This document shows, piece after piece, positions 28,397 to 40,731 of a DNA stretch of 64,000 nt. The notes beneath the pieces are model-generated. The model was not told the origin of the DNA and did not search any database. It saw only the letters and a program-made list of their open reading frames with translations. Within the stretch, counting starts at the first letter, position 1, and the number at the start of each line of letters is the position of its first letter. Both the position numbers and the translations under genes were made by a program. Location: NCBI GenBank assembly GCA_963665775.2, contig CAXXTF010000001.1, positions 384,001 through 448,000 of the forward strand, read 5' to 3'. The stretch comes from Dehalococcoidia bacterium (GTDB lineage Bacteria > Chloroflexota > Dehalococcoidia > SM23-28-2 > RBG-16-64-32).

Positions 28397-30217
28397 ATGG
28401 CGTACAAACCGATAGGCGATTACGGTGTCATAGGGGATATGCACTCCGCCGCCCTCGTCGGCAGCGATGGCTCCATCGACTGGCTCTGCTTCCCCCGTTT
28501 CGACTCAGCCAGCGTTTTCGCCGCCGTCCTCGACGACCACAAGGGGGGGCGCTTCCGCATATCGCCCAGGGGTGAGTACCGGCGCGACCATCAGTATCTC
28601 CCGGACAGCAATATCCTCGTCACTGACTTCAGCACCGACTCCGGTGCGGTCAGCCTCACCGACTTCATGTCCATCTATGACGACGTCTCCCGCTGCGAGC
28701 ACGAGCTGGTACGCATAGTCCGCTGCCACAGCGGCAGCGTCGATCTGGAGGTGGTGTTCGAGCCGCGCCTGGACTACGCGCGCGACCAGACTCAGGTGGC
28801 GGTCGAGGGCCGCCTGGCTCTAGCCCGTCAGGGAGGCGATTCCCTCTCCCTGTCGGCTAGTGTATCGCTGAGCGCTGCGGACGGCGCCGCGCATGGTCGA
28901 TTCACCCTGCGTGAGGGCCAGTGGACCGCCTTCCTCCTGCGCTGGAACGATGACTCCCCGCCTAACATCGAGGATTGTGATGTCTACGGCAAGCTGGGCA
29001 AGACCGAGGCGTTCTGGCGCTTCGTTACCCACGACTGGCGTTACCTGGGCCGCTGGGAAGAGATGGTAAGGCGCTCCATGCTCGCCCTCCACCTCCTCCT
29101 CTACGTGCCGACGGGCGCCGTGTGCGCCGCCGTCACCACCTCCCTGCCTGAGCGCATTGGCGGCGAGCGCAACTGGGACTATCGATTCTCCTGGCTGCGG
29201 GATGCCGCCTTCACCATGGACATCTTCCATCGACTCGGGCACACCACCTACACGCGTCCCTTCATCGAGTGGCTGGCCAGCCAGGCTCTGGGCTCTAACG
29301 GCGAGGAGCTGCACGCCCTGTATGGCATCGGGCGCGAGGCGGACCCCCACGGTATGGTGGAGCATACGCTCGAGCATCTGGAAGGCTACCGTGGCTCACG
29401 GCCTGTCCGGCTGGGCAACGCCGCCTTCCACCAGCTCCAGATCGATCTCTTCGGCGAGGTGCTCCTCTCCTTCGATTCCTACCACCGGGCCGGAGGCATC
29501 ATCGACGGGCAGATGTGGAGGCTGCTGGAGTCCATGGTGGAGTCGGCCATAGACAAATGGCAGCGCCCTGACAACGGTATCTGGGAGTTCCGCACGGAAC
29601 CCAGGCACTTCGTCTACTCCAAGCTGATGGCCTGGGTAGCGGTAGACAGGGGTCTTCGCCTGGCCCGCGCCCTCAAACAGCCCGTGGAGTTCGGACGCTG
29701 GCGACAGGCCCGCAGCGCCATCAGGGAGGAGATCCTCACGAATGGCTGGAACCCTCAGCGGGGCGCCTTTGTTCAGCATTATGGGAGCGCCAACCTGGAT
29801 GCCAGCGTCCTCTTCATGCCGATGGTGGGCTTCCTTTCCGCCCAAGACCCTCGGATGAGCGCCACCAGCGACCTCATACAGAAGGAGCTGGCTGTAGATG
29901 GGCTTCTGCGGCGCTACATCCCCCAGGAGGCGCTGGACGGGATGCCGGGGGGTGAAGGGGCGTTCACCGTGTGCAGCCTCTGGCTGGCCGGCAGCCTCAT
30001 CACCGCCGATCGCATCGATGAGGCGCAGGCGCTGTTCGAGAGGGTGCTGAGCCTGCGCAACCGGGTTGGCCTCTTCTCCGAGATGATCGATCCGACTACC
30101 GGCGAGTACCTGGGGAACTACCCGCAGGCCTTCACGCACATCGCCCTGATCCACACGGCCCGCAACCTGGATCGGGCGCTGAACAAGGTGAGCCTGGGGA
30201 AAGTGGTAGCGGCCTAG
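28397..30217 (+). CDS. Glycoside hydrolase family 15 (trehalase/glucoamylase-like)
   Basis: SIDWLCFPRFDS, RNWDYRFSWLRD, GIWE, LGNYPQAFTH. Confidence 0.93.
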   Translation: MAYKPIGDYGVIGDMHSAALVGSDGSIDWLCFPRFDSASVFAAVLDDHKGGRFRISPRGEYRRDHQYLPDSNILVTDFSTDSGAVSLTDFMSIYDDVSRCEHELVRIVRCHSGSVDLEVVFEPRLDYARDQTQVAVEGRLALARQGGDSLSLSASVSLSAADGAAHGRFTLREGQWTAFLLRWNDDSPPNIEDCDVYGKLGKTEAFWRFVTHDWRYLGRWEEMVRRSMLALHLLLYVPTGAVCAAVTTSLPERIGGERNWDYRFSWLRDAAFTMDIFHRLGHTTYTRPFIEWLASQALGSNGEELHALYGIGREADPHGMVEHTLEHLEGYRGSRPVRLGNAAFHQLQIDLFGEVLLSFDSYHRAGGIIDGQMWRLLESMVESAIDKWQRPDNGIWEFRTEPRHFVYSKLMAWVAVDRGLRLARALKQPVEFGRWRQARSAIREEILTNGWNPQRGAFVQHYGSANLDASVLFMPMVGFLSAQDPRMSATSDLIQKELAVDGLLRRYIPQEALDGMPGGEGAFTVCSLWLAGSLITADRIDEAQALFERVLSLRNRVGLFSEMIDPTTGEYLGNYPQAFTHIALIHTARNLDRALNKVSLGKVVAA

Positions 30218-30239
30218 GGGGGCGCCTAGAGCGTAAACG

Positions 30240-30273
30240 GGAAGGGCCAGGCCCCGCGGGGCCTGGCCCTTCC
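30240..30273. terminator. GC-rich hairpin between convergent GH15 and hsp20 genes
   Basis: GGAAGGGCCAGGCCCC-GC-GGGGCCTGGCCCTTCC; followed by CGTTTAC on the minus strand. Confidence 0.75.
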
Positions 30274-30301
30274 TCGCTGCCAGAGGGGCCTCTATCGGCG
30301 T

Positions 30302-30757
30302 TTACTTGGCAGACTCTAGCTCCTTTGCCTTGACCTTTATGGTCTTGGGGCGGACGTCTGCCGCCTTGGGCAGCGTTACCGTAAGCACGCCGTTCTCGAA
30401 TTCGGCCTCCGCGTGCTCCGGGTCCACCTTTGTGGGCAGAGGGATGGTTCGGTAGAAGTTACCGTAGCGAATCTCGTGTCGGTAGTAGCTCTCCTGCTCC
30501 GTCTTCTCGTCGAACTTCGCCTCGCCCTTGACCGTGAGGGCACGGCCGGAAATGGAGATCTCCACGTCGTCCGGCCGGACGCCCGGTAGGACGGCCCTTA
30601 CCACGACCGCTTCCTCGGTCTCGGACAGGTCGATCGGGAACACGACCTCTATCCCGCCCCGCCATAGGCGTGGGGTCGGGAAGCCGTCGAACACGCGGTC
30701 CCCAGAGCGTCGCAGGCCGAGTACCTCAGCGAAAGGATCCCAGCGGATCAGTGTCAT
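30302..30757 (-). CDS. Hsp20/alpha-crystallin small heat-shock protein
   Basis: RWDPF, LPGV, YGNFYRTIPLP, FENGVLTVTLPK; SD AGGAGG. Confidence 0.93.
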   Translation of the reverse strand: MTLIRWDPFAEVLGLRRSGDRVFDGFPTPRLWRGGIEVVFPIDLSETEEAVVVRAVLPGVRPDDVEISISGRALTVKGEAKFDEKTEQESYYRHEIRYGNFYRTIPLPTKVDPEHAEAEFENGVLTVTLPKAADVRPKTIKVKAKELESAK

Positions 30758-30818
30758 CGTTTTTCACCTCCTTCCTTGCCAGCTAGGTTGGTCGGGTTTT
30801 TTCCGACCTTCCGATGTC

Positions 30819-30916
30819 ATTGTATGCCGTGAAAGGAGCCATGTCAATAGAGTTGATAGCACTACTATCAATGTTCCTTCTAGTCGATTGACATTTCCCC
30901 TCCTTCGCGCTATGAT
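30819..30916. promoter_or_regulatory. Divergent sigma70 promoters (hsp20 / dnaJ) flanking a HAIR-like operator
   Basis: Minus: TTGACA(30847-42)-17-TACAAT; plus: TTGACA(30888-93)-17-TATGAT; inverted repeat TTGATAG-CACTA-CTATCAA at 30853-30871. Confidence 0.8.
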
Positions 30917-30939
30917 CGTGATGTAGTTGGAGATACGTA

Positions 30940-31923
30940 ATGGCGAGCAGGGACTTCTACGAGATTCTCGGTATCCGGCGCGACGCCTCCGATAAGGAGC
31001 TCCGCCAGGCTTACCGTCGCCTCGCCCGCAAGCATCACCCTGACGTGAACCCCGGCGACAAGGCCGCCGAGGAGCGGTTCAAGGAGATCAACCGGGCCTA
31101 CGAGGTCCTCTCCGACGCCGAGAAGCGCGTCAAGTACGACCGTTACGGTGAACAGTGGGAGCAGGCCGAGGCGTTCGAGCGGGCCCGGCAGGCCGGCGGC
31201 GCCGGCGGCGTCCGGCGATCGTTCGACTTCGATCTCGGTGACCTGTTAGGGCGCAGCGGCGGTGGCATCTCCGACCTGTTCGGGCGGCGTCGCGGGCCCA
31301 TGCGCGGCCAGAACGTGGAGTACGCCACGGAGGTGACCCTGGAGGAGGCCTACCAGGGCGCCACCCGCATTCTCATGCTGCAATCGGAGGAGCCCTGTGG
31401 CACCTGTAGCGGCAGCGGTGAGGTGGCCGGTGCCACCTGCCACGTCTGTCAGGGCCAGGGCGCCCTCCTGCGGCCCAGGCGGCTGGAGGTGAAGGTGCCG
31501 CCCGGCGCCCGCGACGGCACCCGCGTCCGCATCGGGGGCGAGGGGCGCTTCGGGATGGGCGGCGGCCCCCGCGGCGACCTCTACGTCGTGGTCAGCGTGA
31601 GGCCTCACCCCCACTTCCAACGGCGTGGCGACGACCTGTATGTGGACATGGACGTGCCCCTCCTGGACGCCCTGCTGGGCGGCGAGTTGGAGGTGGAGAC
31701 GATCGCCGGCAAGCAGGTGGCCCTCAAGATACCGTCGCCGACCCAGAACGGCCGCGTCTTCCGGCTGGCCGGGCTGGGCATGCCGAAGCTGAGCGGCCGC
31801 GGCCAAGGCGCTCTCTTCGTGCGGGTGAGGGTGTCGCTGCCGGAGGAGCTGTCGGAGGAGGAGCGGGAGCTGTACGAGCGGGTAAAGGAGGCCGGGCGCA
31901 CCAAAAAGGTGGGAGCTGGATAA
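30940..31923 (+). CDS. dnaJ: DnaJ/CbpA-family co-chaperone
   Basis: J-domain with HPD, two CxxCxGxG motifs, DnaJ C-terminal domain. Confidence 0.88.
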   Translation: MASRDFYEILGIRRDASDKELRQAYRRLARKHHPDVNPGDKAAEERFKEINRAYEVLSDAEKRVKYDRYGEQWEQAEAFERARQAGGAGGVRRSFDFDLGDLLGRSGGGISDLFGRRRGPMRGQNVEYATEVTLEEAYQGATRILMLQSEEPCGTCSGSGEVAGATCHVCQGQGALLRPRRLEVKVPPGARDGTRVRIGGEGRFGMGGGPRGDLYVVVSVRPHPHFQRRGDDLYVDMDVPLLDALLGGELEVETIAGKQVALKIPSPTQNGRVFRLAGLGMPKLSGRGQGALFVRVRVSLPEELSEEERELYERVKEAGRTKKVGAG

Positions 31924-32273
31924 TGGTTAACTTTGAGCGGATACCGGACGACGAGCCCTGCTACGTGATCAGCGTGGCGGCGCGGATGGTGGGGCTGCAC
32001 GCCCAGAGCCTGCGCCACTATGAGCGGATCGGCATCGTGCAGCCCTCCCGCTCCCGGGGGCGCATCCGCCTCTACTCGCAGGCCGACATCGAGCGGCTGC
32101 GCTACGTCCAGCGGCTGATGAACGACCTGGGGGTGAACCTGGCCGGGGCCGAGGTGGTGATCCGGCTAAACGAGTACATCCGCCGCATGGAGGGGGAGAT
32201 GGCCCGCCTCCGCGCCGAGCTCCAGTCCTATCGCGACCTCACCCTGCCGGCGGTGCAGGGTGAGGGGGTCTAG
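31923..32273 (+). CDS. hspR: MerR-family heat-shock repressor, HspR-like
   Basis: YVISVAARMVGLHAQSLRHYERIG, RLYSQADI, LGVNLAG. Confidence 0.85.
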   Translation: MVNFERIPDDEPCYVISVAARMVGLHAQSLRHYERIGIVQPSRSRGRIRLYSQADIERLRYVQRLMNDLGVNLAGAEVVIRLNEYIRRMEGEMARLRAELQSYRDLTLPAVQGEGV

Positions 32274-32344
32274 AGGAATGGCTGATCCGCTGGCCATCTA
32301 TGCTGCCGTTGGTGGCTCCAATCATAACCAGAGGTGACACAACC

Positions 32345-34798
<2,454 letters not shown>

Positions 34799-34978
34799 GG
34801 GGCGGGGCCGCATGTCCAGGCCGCACCATCGAGCGGCGGGTGCCCACCCGTCGTCCAGATCCGTTTTGCCCCGCCAGCTTGTTCGGCCCGAACCTCGCCG
34901 CGTGGCGGATGGCGGATCGACTCCTATATAATGGCCTTGATGAGGTCGTTCCATCTGCAGATCGCTCGGTGAAGCAGC

Positions 34979-35473
34979 TTGCGTATCGCCCTGGGCAGCG
35001 ACGAGCGGTCGCATCTGACGGATTTCGTGGAACGGGAGCTGCGGCATCGCGGCTTCCGCGTGGAGCTGTTCGGGCCGTTGAAGGGAGAGCCGCTCCCCTG
35101 GCCCGATGTCGCTCAGGCGGTGGCTGAGTCCGTGGCCTTGGGTCGGGCTGATGAGGGGGTGCTCTTCTGCTGGACGGGCACCGGCGTCTCCATGGCAGCC
35201 AGCAAGGTGCCCGGCGTTCGCGCTGCCCTCTGCGGCGATGCCGAGACGGCGCAGGGCGCTCGGGCTTGGAATCAGGCCAACGTCCTCTGCCTGAGCCTGC
35301 GCGCCACCACGGAGACTGTAGCCAAGGAGATCCTGGACGCCTGGTTCTCCGCCTCGCCGGACCCAGCGGAGGAGGAGAACGTGGGGAAGGTCAATAGTCT
35401 GGACGAGCGGTACCGGCCGGCGGCGCCGCTGCCGGCGAAGGGGAGAGAGGGAAGCTCTAGTGGCAAGAGATAG
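34979..35473 (+). CDS. RpiB/LacA/LacB family sugar-phosphate isomerase
   Basis: IALGSD, CWTGTGVSMAASKVPGVRAALC, WNQANVLCL. Confidence 0.85.
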   Translation: MRIALGSDERSHLTDFVERELRHRGFRVELFGPLKGEPLPWPDVAQAVAESVALGRADEGVLFCWTGTGVSMAASKVPGVRAALCGDAETAQGARAWNQANVLCLSLRATTETVAKEILDAWFSASPDPAEEENVGKVNSLDERYRPAAPLPAKGREGSSSGKR

Positions 35474-36368
35474 GGAGGGGCGGAGGAGGGGCCACCGCCG
35501 CGGCCGCCGGGAGCAGCCACCCAGACCGCCGTCCGAGGAGCGACAGGAAGAGACGTCTGAGGCCAGCGATGAGGGCGAGGCGCCCGCTGATTCGCCCTCG
35601 CGGTTCAGCTTCCGGCGCCGCCGTCAGGGCGAGGCCGATAGGACGGAAGAGAGAGGGAAGGAGCCGGCCGGACGGAGTCGATCCGCGGAGCGGCCGGCGG
35701 CGGCGGGCAGCGCCCCCTCCGCGTCGCCCCTCAGCTTCTGGCGTCGGGGGCAGGCCCGACCCTACCGTGTGCAGCGCCAACTTAAGGCTCGTTCCTTGTC
35801 GCGTCGGATCTCGGGGATGTACATCCCGCCCTGGCTGCCCGTGGTCGCCATCATCGCCGTCGTCTTCGGCATTCTGGGGTTGTTCTTCTTCACTCGGTCC
35901 GCGACGGGCGCGCCCCGCACCACGGACCACTGGCATGCTGACTACGTGATCACCGTCTGCGGCGTGCGGCAGCCTAACGTGCCGGAGTTCTCTGGGGGCG
36001 TCCATACCCACGGGGGCGGGACCATCCACATGCACCCGAATTTCCCCTCGGAGGAGGGGTCCGGGGCGCGCCTGGTCAAATGGTTCGAATACGGCGGCGG
36101 GAAGCTGACGCAGGATGAGATGCGCATTGCTGGCCAGAGTCAGACATACCGAAACGGCGACCTGTGCGATGACGGTTCCGAGGGTACCCTTCAGGTCTTC
36201 GTCAATGGCCAGGGGATGGACAGTTGGAGCCGCTACATCCCCCAGGACGGCGACCAGATGCGCATCGTCTTCGGCCCGGAGGAGGCAACCCAGGTATCGA
36301 CGGACGATGGGATCGTGATCCCGCCCGAGGAGGCGACCCGCGAGATCAGCGTCGAGTCGAGCGACTAA
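35460..36368 (+). CDS. Hypothetical single-pass membrane protein with His-rich extracytoplasmic domain
   Basis: Arg/Glu-rich disordered N-terminus, one TM, HWHADY and HTHGGGTIHMHP. Confidence 0.7.
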   Translation: MARDREGRRRGHRRGRREQPPRPPSEERQEETSEASDEGEAPADSPSRFSFRRRRQGEADRTEERGKEPAGRSRSAERPAAAGSAPSASPLSFWRRGQARPYRVQRQLKARSLSRRISGMYIPPWLPVVAIIAVVFGILGLFFFTRSATGAPRTTDHWHADYVITVCGVRQPNVPEFSGGVHTHGGGTIHMHPNFPSEEGSGARLVKWFEYGGGKLTQDEMRIAGQSQTYRNGDLCDDGSEGTLQVFVNGQGMDSWSRYIPQDGDQMRIVFGPEEATQVSTDDGIVIPPEEATREISVESSD

Positions 36369-36456
36369 GGCAACCCGAGTGCTGACAGCTTCTTAGCTCC
36401 CAACACCTTCGCCAGGTTTACCCTGAAATGCTATGATTGGAGGGAGGTAGCGAGGA

Positions 36457-37161
36457 ATGCCTGTAGTGACTGTTTCCGGCAAGCTTGCTAGCGGCGCGCG
36501 AGAAGTGGGCGAGGCCGCCGCCCAGGCCCTGGGGATCGACTTCGTGGATCAGAGGCTGCTGGTGGAAGCGGCCCAACGCTGCGGCGTCTCGATCGAGACC
36601 GTGGCTGAACACGATGAGCGCAGGCCGAGCTTCCGCGAGCGGTTGGCCAAGACGATGAGTGTCATCCTGGAGCGCTCCGCTACCGCCGGCATCGATCCCT
36701 CCACCGGCGCTGTCGGCCTGGAAGCGCTCCTCTCCCGCACCTACGCTGAGATGGCTGCCGAGCGGCAGGAGGAGCAGCACCTCACGGATAAACGATACAT
36801 TGAGGTCATGTCCGATATCATCCGCGAGCTGGGTGCTCGTGGCGACATCGTAATCCTGGGTAGGGGTAGCCAGATGATCTTGGGCGATCGGCTCGGCACC
36901 CTCCACGTCCTCTGTCGCGCCCCGGACGAGCTGCGCATCGAGCGGCTGGCCCAAAGGGAGGGGCTCGGCCTGAAGGATGCCGAGCGCCAGGCGAGCGAGA
37001 GGGAGCGGGCCCGCATCGCCTTTCACCGCAAGTTCTGGAAGGTGGACGTGGAAGATCCCACCCTCTACGATCTGACGATCGACACCTCGCGGCTCACCTT
37101 GGAGGTGGCGGCGGAGGTGGTGGTGACAGCAGCTCGGGCTAAGGAAGCTTCGGTAGGCTAG
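36457..37161 (+). CDS. Cytidylate kinase-like family protein
   Basis: VTVSGKLASGA, VILGRG, YDLTIDTS; SD GGAGG/GAGGA; TGCTATGAT upstream. Confidence 0.85.
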   Translation: MPVVTVSGKLASGAREVGEAAAQALGIDFVDQRLLVEAAQRCGVSIETVAEHDERRPSFRERLAKTMSVILERSATAGIDPSTGAVGLEALLSRTYAEMAAERQEEQHLTDKRYIEVMSDIIRELGARGDIVILGRGSQMILGDRLGTLHVLCRAPDELRIERLAQREGLGLKDAERQASERERARIAFHRKFWKVDVEDPTLYDLTIDTSRLTLEVAAEVVVTAARAKEASVG

Positions 37162-37208
37162 CGAGCCAGCCGGGACGGCGGGTGGAGCCGGGCTAGGCCG
37201 TCGCTGGG

Positions 37209-37502
37209 CTACTCCAGAGACGTCAGCATCTCAGCCAGGAACCCCTCGGCGCGGCGCAGACGGGCCTGCATTCCCCACGGATGCTCCGGTGCCAGGGGCA
37301 GCCCCCAACCTCTCGCTTCCGCCCCTTCGCCTACCACATCTAGGAACCCGTGTTCCTGGGGTGAGTCCTCGCCAAACAGAGTGACCAGCAACTGGTGTGT
37401 GCTGTCCACCCAGGGGCCGTAATCGTAGGAGACGGGCCCTCGCCCCCGTAGGGCAGGTACCATCTCTAGCTGACGGCGCAGCTTATCTACGGCGGATGTC
37501 AC
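37209..37502 (-). CDS. Hypothetical protein
   Basis: 97-aa globular-looking ORF in an otherwise empty gap. Confidence 0.5.
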   Translation of the reverse strand: MTSAVDKLRRQLEMVPALRGRGPVSYDYGPWVDSTHQLLVTLFGEDSPQEHGFLDVVGEGAEARGWGLPLAPEHPWGMQARLRRAEGFLAEMLTSLE

Positions 37503-37655
37503 GGCCTGGTTAGACTACCGCGAAGGCGACGCCGAGCGCAAGCGGCCGGCCCCGTTCGTCTAACAGGTGCGTGGCCTTGACGGGCCTTGGGCGCCTTGCT
37601 ATAGTCAGGGCGACCTTTCCTGGTCGCGACTCAGAGTGCAAAGGAGCTTCCGACC

Positions 37656-37796
37656 ATGGCGGAGCAAGAAGAATTCCAGGAAGAGCACAAGAGGGGCAAA
37701 GGTAAGCTGATGGCCCTTATGGCGGCCGTGGGCGCTGTTCTAGCTGTCTTCGCCTTCCGCCGCTGCCGTCACCCTTCCGAGGAAGAAGAGGAGTAG
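37656..37796 (+). CDS. Small 46-aa single-TM protein (not in the ORF track)
   Basis: MAEQEEFQEEHKRGKGKLMALMAAVGAVLAVFAFRRCRHPSEEEEE; SD AAGGAG; promoter TTGACG(37577)-17-TATAGT. Confidence 0.75.
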   Translation: MAEQEEFQEEHKRGKGKLMALMAAVGAVLAVFAFRRCRHPSEEEEE

Positions 37797-37864
37797 CGGC
37801 CTAAGGCCGCCGGCGCGTCGCTCCCTTGGCATCCCCTACGACCCAGCAGGACAGGCCCTGACAC

Positions 37865-38503
37865 ATGGAGATCGTCTGGCTGGGCCACTCTTGCTTTCGA
37901 CTGCGGGGGCGTGAGGCCGCCATCATTACTGATCCCTGTCCGCCGTCCACGGGCTACAGTATAGGCAAGCCCAACGCGGACATCGTCACTATCAGCCATG
38001 AGCATGAGGACCACAGCTATCTGAAGCCGGTGGCAGGCAACCCGATAGTGATCGAGAGACCTGGGGAGTACGAGATTCACGGGGCGTTCATTACCGGTAT
38101 CTCCACTTACCACGATGGGCGCCGGGGCGCGGAGCTGGGCAGTAATATAGTCTTCATTGTCGAGATGGAGGAGATCCGGGTGTGTCACCTGGGCGACCTA
38201 GGCCACACGCCGACAGCGGATCAGGTGGAGGAGATGAGCGGCGCGGACGTCCTACTGGTGCCGGTAGGAGGATCCACCACGATCGATGGGGCGGCGGCGG
38301 CGGCGGTGGTGAGCCTGTTGGAGCCGCGATTGGTGATTCCAATGCATTATGGCACGGAGGCGGCTAAGGAGAGCCTGGAGCCTCCGGACCGGTTTCTGAA
38401 GGAGATGGAAGTCAAGGCGGTGGAGCCGCAGCCGAAGCTGACGGTGAGCCGCAGCACCCTACCCCACGAGACACAGGTGGTGCTCCTGGACCACAAGCGC
38501 TGA
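37865..38503 (+). CDS. MBL-fold metallo-hydrolase
   Basis: WLGHSCF, SHEHEDH, HLGDLG, IPMHY. Confidence 0.9.
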   Translation: MEIVWLGHSCFRLRGREAAIITDPCPPSTGYSIGKPNADIVTISHEHEDHSYLKPVAGNPIVIERPGEYEIHGAFITGISTYHDGRRGAELGSNIVFIVEMEEIRVCHLGDLGHTPTADQVEEMSGADVLLVPVGGSTTIDGAAAAAVVSLLEPRLVIPMHYGTEAAKESLEPPDRFLKEMEVKAVEPQPKLTVSRSTLPHETQVVLLDHKR

Positions 38504-38635
38504 CAAGGGGGACCGAGAGCGTTTTCCACCCCCTCATCGCCCGTTCTGGCTGCCCGATCAGTGATCACGAACTCCGCGCTGGGGAAGAGCCCGCGCTCTC
38601 TGGCTAGACCCCCTGTATCCCGCAAAATGCTGAGC

Positions 38636-39592
38636 CTAGCGCCTGCCGCGGGCCAGGAAGTAGGCGCTGCTGATAACCGCGCCGCCTAGCGCGGAGAGGG
38701 GGATTACGATGGCCAGAAGGATGGTGATATTGGTGTCGCCGCCGACCGGGGCGTTGGGCTGGACAGTGATATCCGGGGGCTCGGCCAGGAGCTCTTCGGG
38801 AATGGCCGCCGGGCGATCCTCGATGGCCGCGAGGAGGGTCTCAGCGAGGACGGAGTGGCCTTTATCATTGGGGTGAAAGCCATCGTCGGCGATCCATTGG
38901 CGGCCGCGACCAATAAACAGCTCAAACGGGTCGGCCATCTCGGCGCCCAGCTCTGGGTCAGCCGCGATGCCACGCAGGACGTCGTTCATCTGGCGTATAC
39001 CAACGTCGCCCGCGACCTCCAGGCTGCCGCCCGTGCCTGAGTACGGGTTATAGAGGCCAACGATAACGATCTTGGCCTCCGGCATGGCCAGGCGAAGGCT
39101 CTGCACCACCTGGGCAAGGTTCGTCTCCAGCTCGCCTAGCACCTGCCCGTAGTAGAGGCCACAGGGGTCGCCCAGAGGATCGGTGAGACAAGGGGAGCCA
39201 ACGAACGCCAGGTCGAGCAGGTCGTTTCCACCGACGTCGATGCTGATGATCTCCACGTCATCGCTTACCGCCGAGTCGTCTTCCCGGCGTTGGCTGATCT
39301 CGCTAAGGGCGGTCTCCAACTGTCCGCCCGGGAGTAGGAGATCGGAGCTGGTAGCGCCGGGCACGCTAAGATTGATCAGCTCCAGGCCTCGGTCGCGGTA
39401 GCGGTCGCTGTCGCGGAGAGCGGCGAAGGTCAGGCTCACGTAGCCCTTACTCGCTGGGTCGGAGGCGCCGGTCCCGTAGGCGAGGGAGTCGCCCAGGGCG
39501 ATGAAGGCGGGTGTCTCGGCAGCCTGGGCCTCAGTCGAGAGGAGGCTGAAGGACAGAAATGCCATTACCAGCGGCAACAGGAGCCTAACCAT
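38636..39592 (-). CDS. SGNH/GDSL esterase, secreted with C-terminal membrane anchor
   Basis: Signal peptide, ALGDSL, GGND, DGFHP, C-terminal TM. Confidence 0.88.
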   Translation of the reverse strand: MVRLLLPLVMAFLSFSLLSTEAQAAETPAFIALGDSLAYGTGASDPASKGYVSLTFAALRDSDRYRDRGLELINLSVPGATSSDLLLPGGQLETALSEISQRREDDSAVSDDVEIISIDVGGNDLLDLAFVGSPCLTDPLGDPCGLYYGQVLGELETNLAQVVQSLRLAMPEAKIVIVGLYNPYSGTGGSLEVAGDVGIRQMNDVLRGIAADPELGAEMADPFELFIGRGRQWIADDGFHPNDKGHSVLAETLLAAIEDRPAAIPEELLAEPPDITVQPNAPVGGDTNITILLAIVIPLSALGGAVISSAYFLARGRR

Positions 39593-39603
39593 ACGGCTCT
39601 ATT

Positions 39604-40731
39604 CTAGGGAAGATAGACCAGGGGGTTTACCGGAACGCCGCCCATCAGGATCTCGAAATGGAGGTGGGTGCCGGTGCAGTAGCCGGTGCAGCCGAGGGCG
39701 CCGATAGCCTCGCCCTGGGCCACCCATTGTCCCTCCACGACGTAGACGGCTGAAAAATGGGCGTACAGGGTCTGGGAGCCGTCGTCATGCCGGATTATGA
39801 CGTGGTAACCGTAGCCGTAGCTGGCGTAGGCGGCGAGGATGACCTGACCGGAGGCGGCGGCGACCACGGAGGCGCCGTAGCTGCCGGCGCCGTTGATGTC
39901 GATCGCTCCGTGGATGTCCGCGCCTCGCAACTCGTCGTAGTAGCTGGTGATCGCGCCGTACCAGGGCCAGATATAGCCGCTGGATGTGGCCGGGGCGGGC
40001 TGCGGCGCGGCAGCGGTGACAGGGCCGGGCGCTCGTGAGGGCGGCTCAGCGTTCGGAAGGAGTATAACCAGGTTCTCGCCGATGGTGTCTGGGGTGACAA
40101 GGTCGTTCGCGGAGACGACGCTCTCGACGTCAATATCGTAGCGGGCGGCGATGTCGATGATGGTGTCGTTCAGTTTGATCGTGTAGATCAGGGCGTTGAT
40201 GCTGGGGATCACGAGGATCTCGCCCACGGCCAAGAGGTCCGGATCGTCGCTGACCTCAGGGTTGTTCCAGAAGATGTAGACGGGGTCGATGCGGAAGGAG
40301 TTAGCGATGGCGGTGATCGTGTCTCCCGGCTGGATGGTGTAGTCGAAGAGGGGAGGCGTGGGCTCAGGCGCCGGTTCGGGTGTGGGCTCGGGCGCGGGTT
40401 CGGTCTCACCTGCAACCTGCGCCTTGCTCTGGATTTTCACCAGGGCGCTCGGATTGGTGATGAGGAGCATGGGCGGTCTCATATAGCCCACGCCGTCGTC
40501 GGAGATCGGGGCCTCCTGAACGCCGCTGGAGAGAACGGCGATGGAGGTGTGTCCCGGACCCCGAATGGTGGCTACAGCGACGACCGCAAGGGCCAGGAGT
40601 AAGAGGAGGCCATGCAGCGCGTAACGCCTGTATTCGGTTGGTGGCTGGCCCGCCCCTTGTGAGCGAGATCGCCATCTGCCCTGACCCGACGAGCGCCGTG
40701 GCTCGTGGGCCGAACTCTTCGGCTCCCGAAT
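39604..40731 (-). CDS. LysM x2 + M23 peptidoglycan endopeptidase; probable ATT start
   Basis: YTIQPGDT and YTIKLNDT LysM, HGAID, YAH, GTHLHFE; frame is open back to 40734 with a TM segment and ATT 7 nt after GGAGG. Confidence 0.85.
   Translation of the reverse strand: MREPKSSAHEPRRSSGQGRWRSRSQGAGQPPTEYRRYALHGLLLLLALAVVAVATIRGPGHTSIAVLSSGVQEAPISDDGVGYMRPPMLLITNPSALVKIQSKAQVAGETEPAPEPTPEPAPEPTPPLFDYTIQPGDTITAIANSFRIDPVYIFWNNPEVSDDPDLLAVGEILVIPSINALIYTIKLNDTIIDIAARYDIDVESVVSANDLVTPDTIGENLVILLPNAEPPSRAPGPVTAAAPQPAPATSSGYIWPWYGAITSYYDELRGADIHGAIDINGAGSYGASVVAAASGQVILAAYASYGYGYHVIIRHDDGSQTLYAHFSAVYVVEGQWVAQGEAIGALGCTGYCTGTHLHFEILMGGVPVNPLVYLP

Noticed and set aside
36366-36430. Possible readthrough or truncation of the His-rich membrane protein into a further domain
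   Set aside because: The stop is TAA, and the following sequence is short and contains the next gene's promoter, so it cannot be supported.
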